Shown here one piece after another: positions 27,434 through 29,866 of a stretch of 29,866 nt of DNA (position 1 is its first letter; each line of letters opens with the position of its first letter). Under the pieces are notes generated by a model. That model was not told the origin of the DNA. It ran no database searches and worked only from the letters and a program-made list of their open reading frames with translations. The translations under genes were made by a program, and so were the position numbers. The stretch is from Campylobacterota bacterium (lineage in GTDB: Bacteria; Campylobacterota; Campylobacteria; Campylobacterales; Sulfurovaceae), in the NCBI GenBank assembly GCA_034722955.1, contig JAYEOM010000131.1, positions 1 to 29,866 of the forward strand, given 5' to 3'.

Positions 27434-28744
27434 ATGCAAACACTAGAACAACTACAGAGTGGGTCTCTTGATGGGATCCGCGAACTTACCATCTCCTCTG
27501 GACTTATCTCATTTCCTATGGAGATACTGGATCTACATCAGACACTTGAGACTCTTGATCTCTCAGGCAATCAACTCCATCAACTACCAGATAATTTTGG
27601 ATGTTTAAAAAAACTCCGTATTCTATTTTTGGGTCACAATGAGTTTGAAGAGATACCCGAAGTACTATCGCAATGTAGCAGTCTTATGATGATAGGATTA
27701 AAGTCCAACCGGATCTCCTGCTGGTCTGAAGATGCACTACCTATTGATCTCCGCTGGCTAGTACTCACAGACAATCAGATAGAGAAGATACCCAACTCTA
27801 TCGGCAAACTCCACAAACTGCAAAAGGTGATGCTCGCAGGCAATAGAGTTACTACTCTACCGGATACCATGAGAGAGTGTCACAATCTTGAACTTATCAG
27901 ACTCTCTGCCAATAGTATAGATAGACTCCCGAAGTGGATCTTTGATATGCCAAGACTCTCTTGGATAGCAACTGCCGGCAACCCATGTATGGGAGCTTCC
28001 AACTCAGATCAAAACAGACTCCCTAAAATACCATGGAGAGATATCACGCTACATAAAGTAGTAGGTGAAGGTGCATCAGGTGTTATATCAAATGCTACAG
28101 ACAAAGATGGAGTCTCAACTGCTGTCAAACTCTTCAAAGGGGCAGTGACTAGTGATGGTTATCCTCATGATGAGATGCTAGCCTGCTTGAGGGTCGGCAA
28201 ACATAAAAACCTCAACACACCATCAGGCAAGATCATAGAGCATCCCGAAGAGAGAGAGGCACTTCTATTCCCACTAATACCTTCGGTCTATAGCAATCTT
28301 GGCAATCCACCCTCATTTGACAGCTGCACTAGAGATAGATATGATGATAAGGTCTCTTACACTCTCTCCTATATACTACATGTCGTATCAGATATCACCT
28401 CAGCCGTACGGCATCTGCATAGTAGGGGTGTCAACCACGGAGACCTATATGCTCACAATATACTCGTGAACATAGAGGGGGAGAGTATGCTTGGTGATTT
28501 TGGTGCATCCTCCATATATGATCTCTCCGATAAAGAGATGAGGTTTGAGCCGCTAGAGGTTAGAGCATTTGGGATTCTGCTTGGAGAGTTGCTTGATCGG
28601 TCTATCACAACAAACCACTCACAAAAAAAGAGCCTAATAGCACTAGAGAGATTAAAAACAGAGTGTATCGATGAAGAGGTCAAGAGCCGTCCTCTCTTTG
28701 ACGAGATAGATAAACGACTCAAGAGTATAGGAGATGCCCTGTGA
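27434..28744 (+). CDS. Leucine-rich-repeat-containing protein kinase
   Basis: About 7-8 LxxLxLxxN repeats (e.g. LETLDLSGNQLHQLP, LRWLVLTDNQIEKIP), then a kinase domain: GEGASG, AVK, DEM, HGDLYAHN, GDFG, EVRAFG. Confidence 0.92.
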   Translation: MQTLEQLQSGSLDGIRELTISSGLISFPMEILDLHQTLETLDLSGNQLHQLPDNFGCLKKLRILFLGHNEFEEIPEVLSQCSSLMMIGLKSNRISCWSEDALPIDLRWLVLTDNQIEKIPNSIGKLHKLQKVMLAGNRVTTLPDTMRECHNLELIRLSANSIDRLPKWIFDMPRLSWIATAGNPCMGASNSDQNRLPKIPWRDITLHKVVGEGASGVISNATDKDGVSTAVKLFKGAVTSDGYPHDEMLACLRVGKHKNLNTPSGKIIEHPEEREALLFPLIPSVYSNLGNPPSFDSCTRDRYDDKVSYTLSYILHVVSDITSAVRHLHSRGVNHGDLYAHNILVNIEGESMLGDFGASSIYDLSDKEMRFEPLEVRAFGILLGELLDRSITTNHSQKKSLIALERLKTECIDEEVKSRPLFDEIDKRLKSIGDAL

Positions 28745-29523
28745 TAAAAAACTTTGAAAACAGAGAGTTTACATTGGTTCTATCAGGTGGCGGTGCTTTG
28801 GGTATCGCCCATCTAGGTATACTTCATGATCTAGAAGAGCGAAATATCATCCCCGATGAGATAGTCGGTACAAGTATGGGTGGTATCATAGCTGCTTGCA
28901 CTGCTATTGGGATGAGTGAAAAAGAGACACTTGAACATATCAAGAATTTTGTTGGTCTCTTTAACTGGATAAAATTCTCTTTTTCAGGTAATGCTATAGT
29001 CGATAATGAAAAAATAGCAAAGATTTTTGATAAGATATTTCAAAATAGAAAGATGAGAGATACACAAATACCTCTCAAACTCATAGCAACAGATCTGCTA
29101 AATGGTCACAAAAGAGTATTTGATGCTTCAGATGATATATATATCAAAGATGCCGTACTCTCTACGATGGCTATACCTGGGATATTTAAAGAGCATACCA
29201 TAGATGGACATATCTATGCTGATGGTTTCTTATGTGAAAATCTAGGTATCAATGAGGCTGCTTTTGAGTATATCATAGCAGTAGATGTGCTAGGTGAAAA
29301 TGCGTTCCAAAAAGAGATGCCTGACAACTTTTTCAAAACTGTCAATGTATTGGAGATGTTTGAAAAATCGATGAGACTGCTGATATTTAACCAATCACAA
29401 ACAAATATCAGAAACTCTAGTAAAAATATCTATCTAATAGAGCCATATACCAAAAATTATAAAACATTTGATTTTCACAAGATAGAGGAGATCAGGGCTT
29501 TGGGATTGGAGCTATTGAGGTAG
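28741..29523 (+). CDS. Patatin-like phospholipase
   Basis: LVLSGGGALG oxyanion motif, GTSMG nucleophile elbow, AIPG and catalytic DG (ADGF). GTG start overlaps the kinase TGA (GTGA), with an AGGAG RBS. Confidence 0.93.
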   Translation: MIKNFENREFTLVLSGGGALGIAHLGILHDLEERNIIPDEIVGTSMGGIIAACTAIGMSEKETLEHIKNFVGLFNWIKFSFSGNAIVDNEKIAKIFDKIFQNRKMRDTQIPLKLIATDLLNGHKRVFDASDDIYIKDAVLSTMAIPGIFKEHTIDGHIYADGFLCENLGINEAAFEYIIAVDVLGENAFQKEMPDNFFKTVNVLEMFEKSMRLLIFNQSQTNIRNSSKNIYLIEPYTKNYKTFDFHKIEEIRALGLELLR

Positions 29524-29578
29524 CACGATTTAGAGTTTTGAAGGTTTTACACCCCCAAAGTATCCTAAGCACCCTTTG

Positions 29579-29586
29579 GCTATAAT
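29579..29586 (+). promoter_or_regulatory. Candidate -10 box (gcTATAAT) reading into the palindromic region
   Basis: Perfect TATAAT at 29581-29586 preceded by GGC, matching the gnTATAAT pattern. Confidence 0.5.
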
Positions 29587-29601
29587 CGCGTCTATTAAAT
29601 C

Positions 29602-29625
29602 GTAGGTTTGTCAGTACCAAACCTA
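29602..29625 (+). repeat. GTAG-led REP-like palindrome
   Basis: GTAGGTTTG-TCAGTAC-CAAACCTA; 8-bp stem TAGGTTTG/CAAACCTA beginning with GTAG. Confidence 0.55.
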
Positions 29626-29656
29626 AGGCTACCCCAAGGAGATAAACACACAAATA

Positions 29657-29866
29657 GCTTTATGAGGTTTTTCATAGACAAGGCAATCGTTTGAAGTACT
29701 AGCCTTAGCTAATTGCCCGTAGGAAATGCCCTTGGGGTGCAAAAACGATTAACGAAGTATATGGGAAACCTCATAAAGCCCGTAGGGAAGTCACCAAGAG
29801 GGCAATCTTCACAAAATATAATTCTCCAATTAGCTATGGCTAGTCCTACGAATTATATTTTGCAAA
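29657..29866. repeat. Composite palindromic element: two long hairpins in inverted orientation with a shared loop motif (second hairpin truncated by the window end)
   Basis: Hairpin 1: 29657-29670 pairs perfectly with 29766-29779, and an inner stem 29685-29692 pairs with 29743-29750. Hairpin 2: perfect 13-bp stem 29812-29824/29850-29862. Loop motif 29693-29715 (+) matches 29827-29849 (-) at 20/23 nt. Confidence 0.85.

Noticed and set aside
2836..28722. The many 60-170 aa ORFs lying opposite or inside the long genes (e.g. 9295-9795, 20057-20482, 26495-26773)
   Set aside because: All are fully overlapped by well-supported conserved genes and show no protein motifs.
29662..29694. Small ORF MRFFIDKAIV downstream of AAGGAG
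   Set aside because: The ATG is 20 nt from the RBS and buried in the hairpin stem; only 10 codons.
29657..29866. CRISPR array or integron attC interpretation of the terminal palindromes
   Set aside because: There are no equally spaced direct repeats with unique spacers and no cas genes. There are no RYYYAAC/GTTRRRY ends bracketing the stems and no cassette ORFs.
1..29866. tRNA, rRNA, integrase or intact transposase genes
   Set aside because: All intergenic gaps were read and none shows a cloverleaf or rRNA-like sequence. No ORF carries recombinase or transposase catalytic motifs.

Overview
Chromosomal window from a Campylobacterota (epsilonproteobacterial, Sulfurovum-like) genome. This assignment is inferred from the RecO_N_2-type recO, the rplI-hslV-hslU order, the Cts/MSHA-type pilus cluster and gnTAnaAT promoters. 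From left to right: a type I R-M methyltransferase gene (hsdM) that runs off the left edge and is missed by the ORF track; yigZ-family, vanZ-family and hemH genes; kdsB; an eight-gene MSHA/Cts-like type IV pilus or DNA-uptake assembly cluster; era, thiE, accD, gltD, gltB, recO, hslU, hslV and rplI; an M3 oligopeptidase; a membrane protein; and a translationally coupled LRR-kinase plus patatin phospholipase pair. The window ends in a non-coding stretch of nested palindromes. Most of the window is housekeeping. The best candidates for something undescribed are (i) the apparently leaderless LRR-kinase/patatin two-gene unit and (ii) the terminal repeat element, with two inverted long hairpins that share a 23-nt loop motif, one interrupted by a 24-nt insert. 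A decayed HTH fragment and a compositional break also mark the hsdM boundary. All calls come from motif reading by eye; no searches were run.
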